A stretch of DNA of 64,000 nt, taken from positions 512,001 through 576,000 of the forward strand of contig CM000151.3 of the NCBI GenBank assembly GCA_000004695.1, written 5' to 3'. Below are positions 48,074 through 60,727 of this stretch, piece after piece. Both the position numbers and the translations under genes were made by a program. The notes beneath the pieces are model-generated. The model searched no databases and was not told the DNA's origin. It worked only from the letters and a program-made list of their open reading frames with translations. The first letter of the stretch is position 1. The number at the start of each line of letters is the position of its first letter. The DNA comes from Dictyostelium discoideum. Taxonomy: Eukaryota.

Positions 48074-48189
48074 ATGTAAAACAAGAGGGTAATGATGTTT
48101 TATCTATTAGAGTACTATACATAATAAGATATCTTAAATTGCAATATGATTTATCTAGAGTACCTGTTATTGGATTGTTTGAAACATCT
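48074..48189 (-). CDS. Same surface-protein gene, small internal exon (116 bp)
   Basis: TTTTAG|agatgtttcaaacaatcc...ttttacat|GTAAGT; encodes 'DVSNNPITGTLDKSYCNLRYLIMYSTLIDKTSLPSCFT'. Confidence 0.5.
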
Positions 48190-48657
48190 CTAAAATTTTT
48201 CATTAATTGTTTTTTTTTAATTAATTATATTTTCAATTTAAAAGATTGGTATTTTTTATTAATTTGAAATTTTTAGTTTTATAAAATGGAATATTTACAG
48301 TTTTTTAATATGAGAATATCTTTTACTCCACAACGGTAATGGGGATTCAATTCCATTATCTGGAAAATATCTTTTTTATTTTTAAAAAAACAAAAAAAAA
48401 AAAAAAACAAAGGGTTTGGTAAGATTATATTCAATGGTATAAAAATAATAGTAACCTTTTTTTAAATTTACTTACATAGATTCATAAAAAATTTGTGAAA
48501 AATCTGGTAAATTTAGAAAATGGCTCGATATTTTCCTTAATAATTGTAATAATAAAAAATAAAATATAAAAAAAAAAAATAAAAAAAACAAAAAAGAAAA
48601 TTTAGATTAAAATTTTGTATATATACTTATATGTATATATATAGTATAAATCAATTA

Positions 48658-48891
48658 TTACATTATAGAATTTGAAGTATTTGATAAAATTGGATATGGT
48701 TTAAATGGTATAGTATTATTAAAATTGAAAAAAGGGTTATCTCCAATATTTAAATAATTCAATTTATTCAAGTGAGAAATGTTAACTATACTATTTGCAG
48801 TTAATTGGTAAAGGCTAAATTCTAAATTTTCTAGTGAATCGGATGGGAAAATAGGGAAAAAAAAATCTTTGGCACTTTTTCCAGTCACCAC
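48658..48891 (-). CDS. Same surface-protein gene, candidate LRR-like exon(s) (boundaries not resolved)
   Basis: Open frame 'SDSLENLEFSLYQLTANSIVNISHLNKLNYLNIGDNPFFNFNNTIPFKPYP' with LxxLxLxxN-type periodicity; flanked by T-rich intron-like sequence. Confidence 0.3.
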   Translation of the reverse strand: MVTGKSAKDFFFPIFPSDSLENLEFSLYQLTANSIVNISHLNKLNYLNIGDNPFFNFNNTIPFKPYPILSNTSNSIM

Positions 48892-49080
48892 ACTTTTTTT
48901 TTGTTTTTTTTTTTTAATGTTAGAAACTAAATTAAAATTGATTTAGATAATGTTACATTATAATTTACTTACATTTTTTTAATTTTATTGTGTGTTGAAA
49001 AGTTTAAAAAAGAATTTAAATCTGGAGAATTTAATTCGTAGGTTCTAAAACATAGTAGTTTTTTTTTTTTGAATGAATAA

Positions 49081-49113
<33 letters not shown>

Positions 49114-49688
49114 TGTTCAAAAATTGTATTAGTAATTTTAAAATTATTCAAGTTTTTTATTTTCAAATTAATACCTACATTGAAGGAATTGATACATTGG
49201 TAAGATCTGGTATTTTCTGAATATTAATCAATGTTCTTTTATATAAAAGATTTAAATCTGTTTAGTTAATATAAATAAAAATAAAATATAATAAAAACAA
49301 TTAAAATAAAAACGACGAAAACTATTAATAGTTACAAAATACCATTATCTGTATTGGGATTTAAATAATAATTATTTAAAATTTCCAAACTTTCACATTC
49401 AATTTTTCTGACTTTTAAGCATAATAAAAAAAAAAGATTTGTTTGTAATATTATTATTATAAAGATTATTACCATATAAGTCTTTTATTATAAATATAAA
49501 TAATTACACAGATGAAAAGTTTGCAAGAGAAGTGATCTTAAAAGTGAAACCACAACTATAATAATCTATAATAAGAGAAATTTTACTTGAAACACTTGGT
49601 AAAATTAAATTATTTATGTTATCAACATTGAATAAAGTACTTTGAAATTTTTTTTTTTTTTTTTAAATTAAATTGATTAGTAAACAAT

Positions 49689-49723
<35 letters not shown>

Positions 49724-50135
49724 ACTCACATTTCTGTATTATTTTTTCCTTTAAAAGATGTTATATCTGGATCAACAGAAGAGTTATCGATTTTTATTTT
49801 TTTTAGATTATAAAAACAACTGATGTGATTTGAAGTAAGTGGTGGTGAGAGACTTGGACTCTGAAAATTTCTGATTTATTTTATTTTTTTAATTTTGATA
49901 TAATCAGGATTAGATTTAATTAAATTAAATTTTTTTTTTTTTTTATTACTTACAGAGATATTAAAAAACCCCCATCACATTTAATAGAGGTCGAATTACA
50001 AAATAAAAAACTCGAGTTACCATCATTTGATACTACACTTGACATTAAATTAAAGGTTTCATACAAACTATGAATACAATCATCTTGAAATATATGAAAG
50101 ATTTATTTTTTTTTTTTTTTTTTTAGTTATTACCA

Positions 50136-50166
<31 letters not shown>

Positions 50167-50168
50167 AC

Positions 50169-50277
50169 ATTCAGTTTCTATTAATCCATTAATTTGAATT
50201 GAATTTCCAAATCTTTGATTTAAAATTGATAAAAATAATATAATAAAATATAATTGAAATGACTTTTTCATTTTCAT
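50169..50277 (-). CDS. Same surface-protein gene, exon 1 with cleavable signal peptide
   Basis: 'MKMKKSFQLYFIILFLSILNQRFGNSIQINGLIETE' followed by a GTAAGT donor at 50168; several further 60-120-bp exons separated by ~80-120-bp T-rich introns evidently lie between 48200 and 50160. Confidence 0.5.
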
Positions 50278-50909
50278 TTTTTTTTTTTGCATTAATTCAA
50301 AAAAATTAAAAAAAGATTGATTTTGAATAAAATAAAAAAAAATATTTTATTCAAAACCAATCATTTTTTTAATTTTTTTAATTTTTTTTTTTTTTTTCAA
50401 AATCATCTTTGGATATTTTCAAATTTTATTATTTTCAAATAAAATTGATCAGAATAAATATCTGAAAAAAAAATTTTTTTTTAATTTTAATTTTAATTTT
50501 TTTAGATTTGAAATAATTAGATTTCAGAATTTAATAATATTTTTTTTTTTTAATTCGGGATTGAATTTAAAAATAAACATTATTTTGGTAATATTTTTTT
50601 TTAATTTTAAAGGAAATATTTTAATTTTTATTTTTATTTTTTTTTTAATAATTTATTTTTATTAAACGAATGTTGAAGGTTTCCACAATTCCTTCAACAA
50701 TAAATTTATTATTTTTTTTGGAAATTTTTAAAAATTTGTTTTTTTTTTATTTTTTTTTTTATTTTTTTTTTTTTTTTTTTACTTTGGATGTTTTAGAGGT
50801 TTTGAAATTGGAGATAAAGTCTTTCTTTTTTTTCTTCTCCTTTTAATTTTTTATTATATTTTTTTTTTTTTTTTGAAAAAACAAATAAAAAAAAATAAAC
50901 AAATAAAAA

Positions 50910-50944
<35 letters not shown>

Positions 50945-51063
50945 AATTTTCAGTTTTTTTTTTTTTTTTTTTTTTTTTTTTCTTCGATAACAATAGTAAC
51001 AATAATAATATTAAAATAGTTCTAATCTATTGAAGAGAAGAGATATATTGGTGTGATAAACCA

Positions 51064-51777
51064 ATGAGTACAAACTCGACACCAAGAAAGCAAAAGCTTT
51101 CCAATTCAAAATCATTACAAAATTCACCAATCTCTCCAACTGTTAAAAAAACAAATTCCTTCCCTTTAGGAAACAATATACCTACAAATATTAATAGAAG
51201 TAAAAAAGATAAAAATAATAACAGTAATAATAATATTAATAATAATAATAGTAATGGTATAGGCTCAAACACTATTATAAATTCGACACCAATTGCAACA
51301 ACACCAGTCCCACCACTTCCATTCATCCATTCATCTTCATCTTCATCTTCATCTCCATCTCCATCTTCATCTTCGTCATCACCATTTCCAAAAGCAAAAA
51401 AATCACCATCACTTTCAATTAACCAACAACAACAACAACAACCACAACAACCACAACAATCACCACAATCACAACAATCACCACAATCACAACAATCACA
51501 ACAATCACAACAACAACAACCTCAACAACCACAAGAACAACAAGAACCTTTGCCAAATTTATCGTTTTTACGAAACCAAGAACCTGATAAAAATGTTTTG
51601 CCTACATCTAGAAAACGACCACCATCTGTAATGCCTAGTACACCAAATCAATCATCAAATTCTTCATCACTGAATTCTTCATTAAATTTTTCATCATCAA
51701 ATTCTTCACCATCACCAACATCAACACAATCTAATAACAGTAGATTTGAAACAAGGAGCCAAAATGATCAATATGAA

Positions 51778-51853
<76 letters not shown>

Positions 51854-52419
51854 TAGAATGTATAGTTATTGATGATGATGATGATGATGATGATGATGAG
51901 GGTAATTCCATTAAATCAACACATACATCAACACAATCTACTCCTATACGAGATAGAAGACAAAGGGATAATAAATGGACAATAAACCCTCTCCCACAAT
52001 TTCAAAGAGAAATTATTGATGTTGATACACCTTCTCCACCAAATGAATCATTATCAATAGTTTCACAAACTACAACTAATACTATTACTGATACCACTTC
52101 AATTCAAACACCAACATTAATTCGACAATCATCATCATTATTATCATCGTCATCATCATTATCACCATCAACTACTTCAACACCATTAACTCAAAATAAT
52201 ATTAATTTACAAAACGCTCAAGTAATTGCAACAATGACAGCGCCAATGGAAATTGAACTACCAACAATTGTCCAACTTGAACCATTATTTTCTTCTGAAT
52301 TCACAACATCAACTCAAAATTTATTTATTCAAACACCACCATTTACTTCAACTTTAACTCTACCTACAACTACAGCTCAAACATCACAAACTCTTTTTAC
52401 AATCCAAACTTCACATGAT

Positions 52420-52457
<38 letters not shown>

Positions 52458-53310
52458 TAAAAATAAAAATAAAAAAGAAATTGAAAAAGAAAAAGAAAAA
52501 CTACGAGAAGCTTTAAAACAAAAATTAAAAGAATATGAGAATGAAAATGAAAAAGAAAGAGAAAAAGAGAGAAAAAGGGAAAGAGAAATAGAGATAGAAA
52601 GAGAGAGAAAAGAAAGAGAAAGAAAAGAAAGAGAAAAAGAGAGAAAAAAAGAAAAAGAGAGGGAAAGAGAAAGAGAAGAAAGAGAGAGAAAAGAAATAGA
52701 AAGAAAAGAAAGAGAAAGAGAAGAAAGAGAAGAAAGAGAAAGAAAAGAAATAGAAAGAAAAGAAACAGAAAGAAAAGAAATAGAGAGAAAAGAAATAGAG
52801 AGAAAAGAAATAGAGAGAAAAGAAAGAGAAAGAAAAGAAAGAAAAGAAAGAGAAGAAAGAGAAGAAAGAGAAAGAGAAGAAAGAGAAAGAAAGGAAAGAG
52901 AAGAAAGAGAAAAAGAAATAGAAATGGAAAGGGAAAAAAAGAAAGAAAAGGAAAAGGAAAAGGAAAAGGAAAAGGAAAAGGAAAAGGAAAAGGAAAAGGA
53001 AAAGGAAAAGGAAAAGGAAAAGGAAAAGGAAAAGGAAAAGAAAAGAAAAGAAAATGAAGTAGAAAATGAAATAGAAAAAGAAAGAAGAGAGAAAAATGAC
53101 TCATATATGGTTTTAAATTATCACCATAGTATAGATGATCATCATTCAGAATCAGAATCAGAGTCTGACTCTGACCAAGACTCAATTTATTCAATTTCAA
53201 CACAAGAATTATCTTCTGTTATTAGTGATAATGATTTTTGCGATAGTGATAATGAAAAGGTGGCAAATAATAATAGGACCGTTGGTGAAACATTTTTAAA
53301 TGATAGTAGG

Positions 53311-53342
<32 letters not shown>

Positions 53343-53554
53343 TAATAATAATAAAAAAATTGAGAATGATAAAAATCAATTAATAGAAAGAGAAAGATTA
53401 ATTAGTGCATTTAACGATAAAGCATTTCTTTATGCACTCGATACAATTCGTGAAGTATTAGGTGGTATTGATTTTAAATTAAAGGTATCAAAAGAACAAA
53501 TCATCGAAATTAGCACGAATGCTAAAAAACCTTTAAATATATTATCTGAACCAG

Positions 53555-53597
<43 letters not shown>

Positions 53598-53599
53598 CC

Positions 53600-53649
<50 letters not shown>

Positions 53650-54153
53650 ACAACAAAAACAACTACCACAACAAATAATACCACTACCACTACAGCTGAA
53701 ACTGAAAAACCAAAAGAAGTATTTTTATTAAAGAAACCAATTAAAATACCATATGGTAGGGATTGTAAAAAAAGATTGATTAGAAGATTTCATGGAACAT
53801 CACGTAATCCATTATTTCATAAAAATTTAGAATCAACTCTTAAATTATTAAAGAGAGCGAAATTCGATTGGGCAAGTATAGAATTTGATACTAAATCTTA
53901 TTTAATGAATTGTAATTGTAAAACAGTCTGTCATAAATCTGAAAGAATGAAAGATAATCCTACAAATAAACTTCAAAATAATAATAGAAATAATAATAAC
54001 AATAATAATAATATTATTAATAATAATAATAATAATAATAATAAAAATAATAATAATAAAAATAATAATAACAAAAATAATAATAGAAATAATAATTCAA
54101 TTGCAAAGAAAATTGGAACTAATAATAATAATAATAATACTACTATTATTAAA

Positions 54154-54214
<61 letters not shown>

Positions 54215-54227
54215 AAAATAATAATAA

Positions 54228-54258
<31 letters not shown>

Positions 54259-56504
54259 ACAATTGTTAAGAAAATTGAAACTATAAAAAAAGATATTAAT
54301 AAAAAACCAACCAAAACAACAACAACAACATCATCATCATCATCATCAACATCATCATCAAATAGTTTAACAGTTATAAAGAAACCAGTTAAAAAAATCA
54401 ATGGTAGTCAACGTATTTGTTTATTTGAAGATGATTTTGATGTTGGTATTGGAGTTCCAGTAACAACAGGAACATCAGAAACAACTACAACAAGAGCATC
54501 ATCAATTAGAAGGAAAATGAATATTTCAAATATTTTTGATGATTTTACAAAGAAACCAAGACAGAATAAATATAATGAAATTGAAATGCCAGATTTATTC
54601 GCATCAAAAGAGTGCAACTATACATTGGAACAACAAGCACCATTCATTAGAGCACAAAAACTATTGTTGACACAACAACATGAAAATAATTTATATAATG
54701 GTAAAAGATTTATGAAATATGATGAATGGTTAGATTTATATCATGGTGAAATGAGATCATCAATACAGAATCCAAAAGTGTTGAAACACTATATAAGTTT
54801 CTCTCAAGAGGTTTATGGCGAAGCCGAACCAACACTATTAAGACACTGGATTCATCTTGGTTTAATTAAACCAACCGATGTATTTTGTGATATTGGTTGT
54901 GGTATTGGCAATGTCTTGTTTCAATTGGCTGCTCAAGTCGGTTGTAGAGTAATAGGTGTGGAGATCAGAAAAGACCTTTATGATATCTCTCAAAGTATGT
55001 TGGAAATTTATAAAAAGCGCTCATTGGAATTAGGTTTACATCCAAGTACTCAACAAATTAAAATCTACAATTGTGATGTCAAAGGTTCACTAGAGTTTGA
55101 TTTCTCTGAACCCAATGTATTCTTTATGCACAATACTTGCTTTGGTCCGGAATTAGAGATTTCAATTATGGAATTATTTAAAAAATATTCGAAACCAGGT
55201 ACAAAAGTTATAACAATGAAAACACTTTGTCCACGTTTTAAACCTTCCGATAAAAAAACTAAACCATGGGGTATCTTTAAGTATCCCTATGAAAGTTATG
55301 AAATGGAAGAAGGTTCTTTATCTTGGAGATCCGCTACAAATTGTAGTTTTTACTCTTTTACAATCGATGATAAAGATTCTGATATTGTTACTGACCAAAC
55401 TCATTTAAATAGAGTTATATTATCAACTCCAAAGAAAAAACATTCAAAATTACAATTATTTTCATCTTCTTCATTACCATCATCACCACCGTCATCATCA
55501 TCATCATCATCACCACCAAATATTGCTACTAATACTACTACAACTACAACAACTACTACTACGACTTCCCCTTCATCAATTTCATTACCATCACCATATT
55601 TATCACCATCTAAAAAAACACCAAATAGTAATAAGAGAGACAGAAGTGATATTGATAATAGTAACTCTGATGATGGTGATGAAAATAATAATAATATTAA
55701 TATAAATAATAATAATAATAACAGTAATAATAAACCAATTAAATTGAAATTATCAATGGATCATTCAATTGATAATCAAAGTAATAGTGAAAGTAGTGAT
55801 ACTGATGTTGAATATATGCCATGGTCTAAAAGAAATAATAGAAAAAAGAGAAAATCACTTTCATATTCTTTGGATTCATATTTATCTTCTAGAATATCTC
55901 CATCATTATCTTTAAGTACCTCTTCTTCTTCCTCTTCCTCTTTAGATTCTTCTCCATATTCATCACCACCATCCTCTTCTTCTTCTGATAATGAAAATGA
56001 TGATGATAATGGTGATGATGAAGATGATTCCTCTTCATCAAATGATACTAAATTAAAAGAAAAATTACTTTTAATGAAAAATAATGAAAAGATTGGTGGT
56101 GCACCACCATTAACTAGAAGAAATGCTAATAGTGATACAAATAAATTGGTACAAGGTTGTTATCAAAGTTTATCATCTTATGCTCTTCCAAAAGAAGAGA
56201 GTCAAATTCATAAATTACAATTACAAGCTAAACTATTAGAACATAAAAACAGTTTAGTATTAAAACATCAAAAATCAATTCATGACCAACAAAAGAGATT
56301 ATCAAGAAAACAAAAAAAACTGGCAAAGAAAAACAAAAAGAAAGAACAGCAATTACAAGCTCAAGCTAAAACTATAAATTATAATAATAATAATAATAAT
56401 AATAACCAAAATGATAACCAAGTTAATCATAATAATTTGAACGAAAATGAAATTAATACTGATTTAATTAATGGTTATAATAATAATAATAATAATAATA
56501 TAAT

Positions 56505-56535
<31 letters not shown>

Positions 56536-56601
56536 GATAAGGATGATGATAAGGACAGCAACAATAAGGATTATAATAATATTAACGATAATAATAAATA
56601 A
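51064..56601 (+). CDS. dotA: DOT1-family histone H3K79 methyltransferase with long low-complexity N- and C-terminal extensions (1845 aa, single exon)
   Basis: DOT1 catalytic core at ~54830-55260: 'VFCDIGCGIGNVLFQLAAQVGCRVIGVEIRKDLYDISQ...IKIYNCDVKGSLEFDFSEPNVFFMHNTCFGPELEISIMELFKKYSKPGTKVITMK', colinear with the yeast/human Dot1 'DLGSGVGQVVLQVAA...GVE...VIFVNNFAFGPEVD' SAM-binding motifs; also polyN, polyQ, poly-acidic and ER/K-rich tracts. Confidence 0.75.
52945..53045 (+). repeat. Perfect (GGAAAA)n hexanucleotide repeat (~16 units) inside the dotA coding sequence, encoding (KE)n
   Basis: Direct reading 'aaaggaaaaggaaaagg...'; translated as KEKEKEKE... in the 51064 ORF; flanked upstream by imperfect gaaagagaa-type repeats encoding an E/R/K-rich segment. 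Confidence 0.9.
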
Positions 56602-56652
56602 AAAAAATTTTCAAACAGAATTATTATTTATTAAAAACACAAATTTATTTAT

Positions 56653-57796
56653 TTATAACTTCTTCTTCTTTTTCTTATTTTTATTATTTGGCTTTTTTTT
56701 TGGTTGCATTGGAGGAATACCACCTAAAACGGTTGCACAAGCGGATTGGGATAATGGTTTTGGTGGATCTTGATCTAAAGCGGTTGCATAATTTAAATTT
56801 GGAGTTGAAATGGTTGCTGCAAATGATTTTGGATTTGAATATCTAATATCATTAACAGTTAATGATGTTAATAATTCAGATGGCACATCATCTTCATCCT
56901 CATCTTCATCTTCATCAACGGCGGATGATTGCTTTAAATCCATCATTGATTTTGAGTTTGGTGGTGGTGTAAAAAATGAAGGATTGAATATATTATTTTG
57001 TCTTTTATTTTGACCACCATAATCAATGTTTGGTAAAGGTTGTGCAACTGCATGTTCTTTATATACTACTGAATTAAATGATTCTTCTTCATCTGTTTTT
57101 ATTATTACTGATGATCCTGAAATATCACCACCACTTCCATTTTTATTCTTTTTATTATTATTTTCATTACTATTATTATTATTTTCATTATTATTTTCAT
57201 TATTTTCATTACTATTGTCATTATTATTATTATTATTTTCACTATTATTATTATTATTACTGTCATCATTTGGGTCAATGAATGAATCCTCATCAGGATC
57301 AATATATGGTTTTGATTTACCTTTAACTGGTAAATCTTTTAATTGTTGATTTGTTAAAACTTTTAAACCTTCAACAACGATTTTAAATGTTGGTCTATCT
57401 TTTGGATTATAAGAACAACACCATTTTGCTAAATCCATGAAAGCTCTTGGACAAGATTCTGGTGCTAAATGTTCAGCTTTCTCAAGATTCATATCGAAAG
57501 CATTCATTGGAGTTCTCTTTAATTGAGTTTTGACGACACGTGATCCACAAATTAATTCCAACAATAAAACACCATAAGAGTAAACATCACAACTGTCATT
57601 ATATGATGAACCAACGATTACTTCTGGTGACATTGTATTCTCTGATCCACAAATGGTTAAATTATTGGTATCTTTTCCATCGAAAATACGTGCAAATCCA
57701 AAATCAATAACTTTGGCTCTATATAATCCATCTCCAATCTCATCAACTAAAATATTCTTTGCTTTTAAATCTCTAAATATAACTTTTTTTGAATGT
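56653..57796 (-). CDS. Protein kinase, exon 3 (catalytic loop, DFG, SPE, C-lobe) plus long N/D/E-rich low-complexity C-terminal tail
   Basis: Acceptor TTTTTAG|TTTCAT; 'FSYLHSKKVIFRDLKAKNILVDEIGDGLYRAKVIDFGFAR...MSPEVIVG...DVYSYGVLLLELI...DRPTF'; the catalytic loop reads FRDLKxxN (Phe in place of the HRD His); stop at 56653-56655. Confidence 0.75.
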
Positions 57797-57831
57797 AAAT
57801 ATGAAACTAAAAATATATTTAAAAAATAGAG

Positions 57832-57863
<32 letters not shown>

Positions 57864-57902
57864 TTTAAATAATTATTAAATTAAAATTATTAATAAACTT
57901 AC

Positions 57903-58081
57903 ATGCTGATGCAATATCTAATGCTAATTTCATTCTTAATGTCCATGAAATATTTGATACACCACGTGCTTTAATAAATTGATGTAAATCTCCACCTTTA
58001 ATATATTCTGTTACAATCATATATCTTCCTTCATGACAACATGCACCAATATATTGAACAATATTTGGATGTCTCATACCC
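57903..58081 (-). CDS. Protein kinase, exon 2 (subdomains III-VIa)
   Basis: Acceptor TATAG|GGGTATG; '(K)GMRHPNIVQYIGACCHEGRYMIVTEYIKGGDLHQFIKARGVSNISWTLRMKLALDIASA'; GTAAGT donor at 57902 (phase 1). Confidence 0.75.
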
Positions 58082-58155
58082 CTATAAAATAAAATAAAAT
58101 ATTAAGATATTAGAATAAAAATTAAAAATGAAAGAAAAAAAAAAAAAAAACTTAC

Positions 58156-58406
58156 TTTAAAATTTTAATTTCTCTTAACATAAATTTAAAATAATCAGGA
58201 TCAATTGATACTAAAGTACTTAATTGTTTAACTGCAACATCTGTACCAAAATAACTAGCTTTTTGAACTTGTCCAAATGAGCCTCTACCAATTTCTACAT
58301 CCATAAAGAGATCACTATAATCTAAACTTGAGAAATCATTTTCATCCTCTTCTTTGGTTGATTTTGGTAATCCTGTAATATCATCTTTTGAAAAATTGAT
58401 ATTCAT
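58156..58406 (-). CDS. Protein kinase (Ser/Thr or dual-specificity, TKL-like), exon 1: N-terminus, Gly-loop and VAVK lysine
   Basis: 'MNINFSKDD...VEIGRGSFGQVQKASYFGTDVAVKQL...LREIKIL'; GTAAGT donor at 58155 (phase 2). Confidence 0.75.
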
Positions 58407-59186
58407 TTTCTTTTCTTTTTTTTTTTTTTTTTTTTTTTTTTCTTTTTTTTTTATTTGTTCTTAATATCAATTGATTTATTTAAGATACTGAATGATGATA
58501 ATAATAATAAAATAAATAAAAAAATGATAATAATTATTTAGAAAAAAAAAAAAATAATAAATATTTTTTTTTTTTTATTGAATGTTTTAAAAATTTTGAA
58601 AAAAAGTAATTAGTAATTTTTTAATATAAAATAAATAAAAAAGGTGAATTTGTTTTATAAAAATTTTTTTATTATTTATAAAATAAATCAAAATATAATT
58701 ATAATTTTATAATCTATTGAATATATATATGTGAGGGTGAGTAATTTAATAAATTTTTTGTTTATAAGGTGATATGTAAGTGGGATGTGTGTGTGAGTGT
58801 TGTAATGTGTGTGTTGTTTTTAATAGAAAGCATTATAATAATAATAACAGGAATTAAATTTATAAATAAAAAAAGTTTTTTTTTTTTTTTTTTTTTTAAG
58901 AATGAGTGTAGAGGGGGAAGATGATTTTTATAAAATAATAATTATTTTATTTTTTATTTTTTTTATTTTGGGTGATATTTTATTAAGAATAATGCCAGCC
59001 AAAATTGCCAATTTGGTGTTGTGTGAATGTGGTGGTGATTTTTGTTGTATGTTATTAAAAAAATGATGTTGGTGTAAGTTTGTAAGGGATATATACAAAA
59101 ATTTTAATTTGTAGAGTTTAAAAATAAATAAAATAAAAATTAAGAAAATAAAAAAAAATCTTTATTTTGTTTTAAAAATAAATTTG

Positions 59187-59229
<43 letters not shown>

Positions 59230-59233
59230 AAAA

Positions 59234-59269
<36 letters not shown>

Positions 59270-60265
59270 ATAAACGTTTATTTTCAGTCAAATTGTTTTT
59301 GGTTATAACGTGTTTCCTCAAAAGAAATCTTTAAAAAAAAATAAATTAAAAGAAATTGAATAAAATAAATAATTTTTTAGTTTAGCTAATAAATAACAAT
59401 TAAACAAATAATTTTAAAATAAATAATCCAAAAAAAAAAAAAATTTATTATTTTAACTTTATTTTTTTATTTTTTTTTCTCTTTTTTCTTTTATTTATTT
59501 ATTGCTGTTTTCAAATAAATGATTGGAATTAATTTCAGATAATTTTGATAACATCCAATCAAAAAAATTTTTCATGAATTTTTATTTTCAAATAAAAAAA
59601 TAAAAAAAAAATAAAAAAAAAAAAAAATGTAAAACATAAAAAATGAAAATAACTATTTTAGTAAATTTCACCTTTTAAACTCTTTAGCCAATATTTTTAA
59701 TAAATTGTGTTTGTTGGCTAATTAAAATTTAATAATAAAACTCCATTTCAAAAAAAAAAAAAAAAAAAAATGATTATGGTCATTTTTTTATATTTTATAT
59801 CATTTTGTGTAATTGAGTTCTCTATTTTTATATGCTATATTCAAATAAAATTAAATAAAAATAAAAATAAAAATAAAAATAAAAATAAAATATAAAGGAA
59901 AAAAAAAAAGAAAATGTTGTAAATTTTATTCATAACTTTCATTCTTACAAATATTTGATTAATTCGAAGATATTCTTAAAAAAAAAAATAAAAAATTAAA
60001 ATTAATTTAAAAAAAAAAATAGAAAAAAAAAAATAAAAAATAAATAAAAATTTTTTAAAAAAAAAATTTGGCGCTAATTTCTTTTTTTAGAAGAAATAAT
60101 CTTTTTCTAAGTATCTTATTCTCAATTTTTATATTTTTTTTTTTTTTTTAAAAATGTTTAATTTTTTATTTTTTATTTTTTTTTTAATTTTTTATTTTTT
60201 ATTATCCACCATTAAAATATATTTGTAAATAAAATTAAATAAAATTAAATTAAATAAAATAAAGA

Positions 60266-60609
60266 ATGTCACATCAACAACAACAAGCACATTTTGATAT
60301 CTCTAGTAATAGTACTTTAACAACAAATACAATAGCAACAACTACAAATGCTTCAGTTTCTTCATCACCACAATTAAACAAAGCACAAATGGCAATTGCT
60401 GAAGCTATGGCACTAAAGATGCATGAAGAAGAGAAAAAGAAAAGAGAAGAAAAAAAAAGAAAAAGAGATAATGAAGAGTTATTATCAAAACAAGTTAGAA
60501 CAAAATTAGAAAATGAAAGAAAGAAATTAGATGATTCTGAATCTATTAATGCATCAACAAATCAAGAGTTATATTCATTATTTAATGATTTACAAATGAT
60601 ATCACATGA
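60266..60609 (+). CDS. Dynamin-family large GTPase (DRP5/ARC5-like), exon 1 (N-terminal extension)
   Basis: ATG 60266 'MSHQQQQAHFDISS...NQELYSLFNDLQMISH'; GTAAGA donor at 60610 (phase 2). Confidence 0.65.
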
Positions 60610-60727
60610 GTAAGATTATTTTAATTTTAAAAAAAAATAAATAAATAAATAAAAAAAAAAAAAATAAAAAAAAAACTAATATATATATATTATTTTTTTT
60701 TTTAATATATTATATTTATATAATTAG

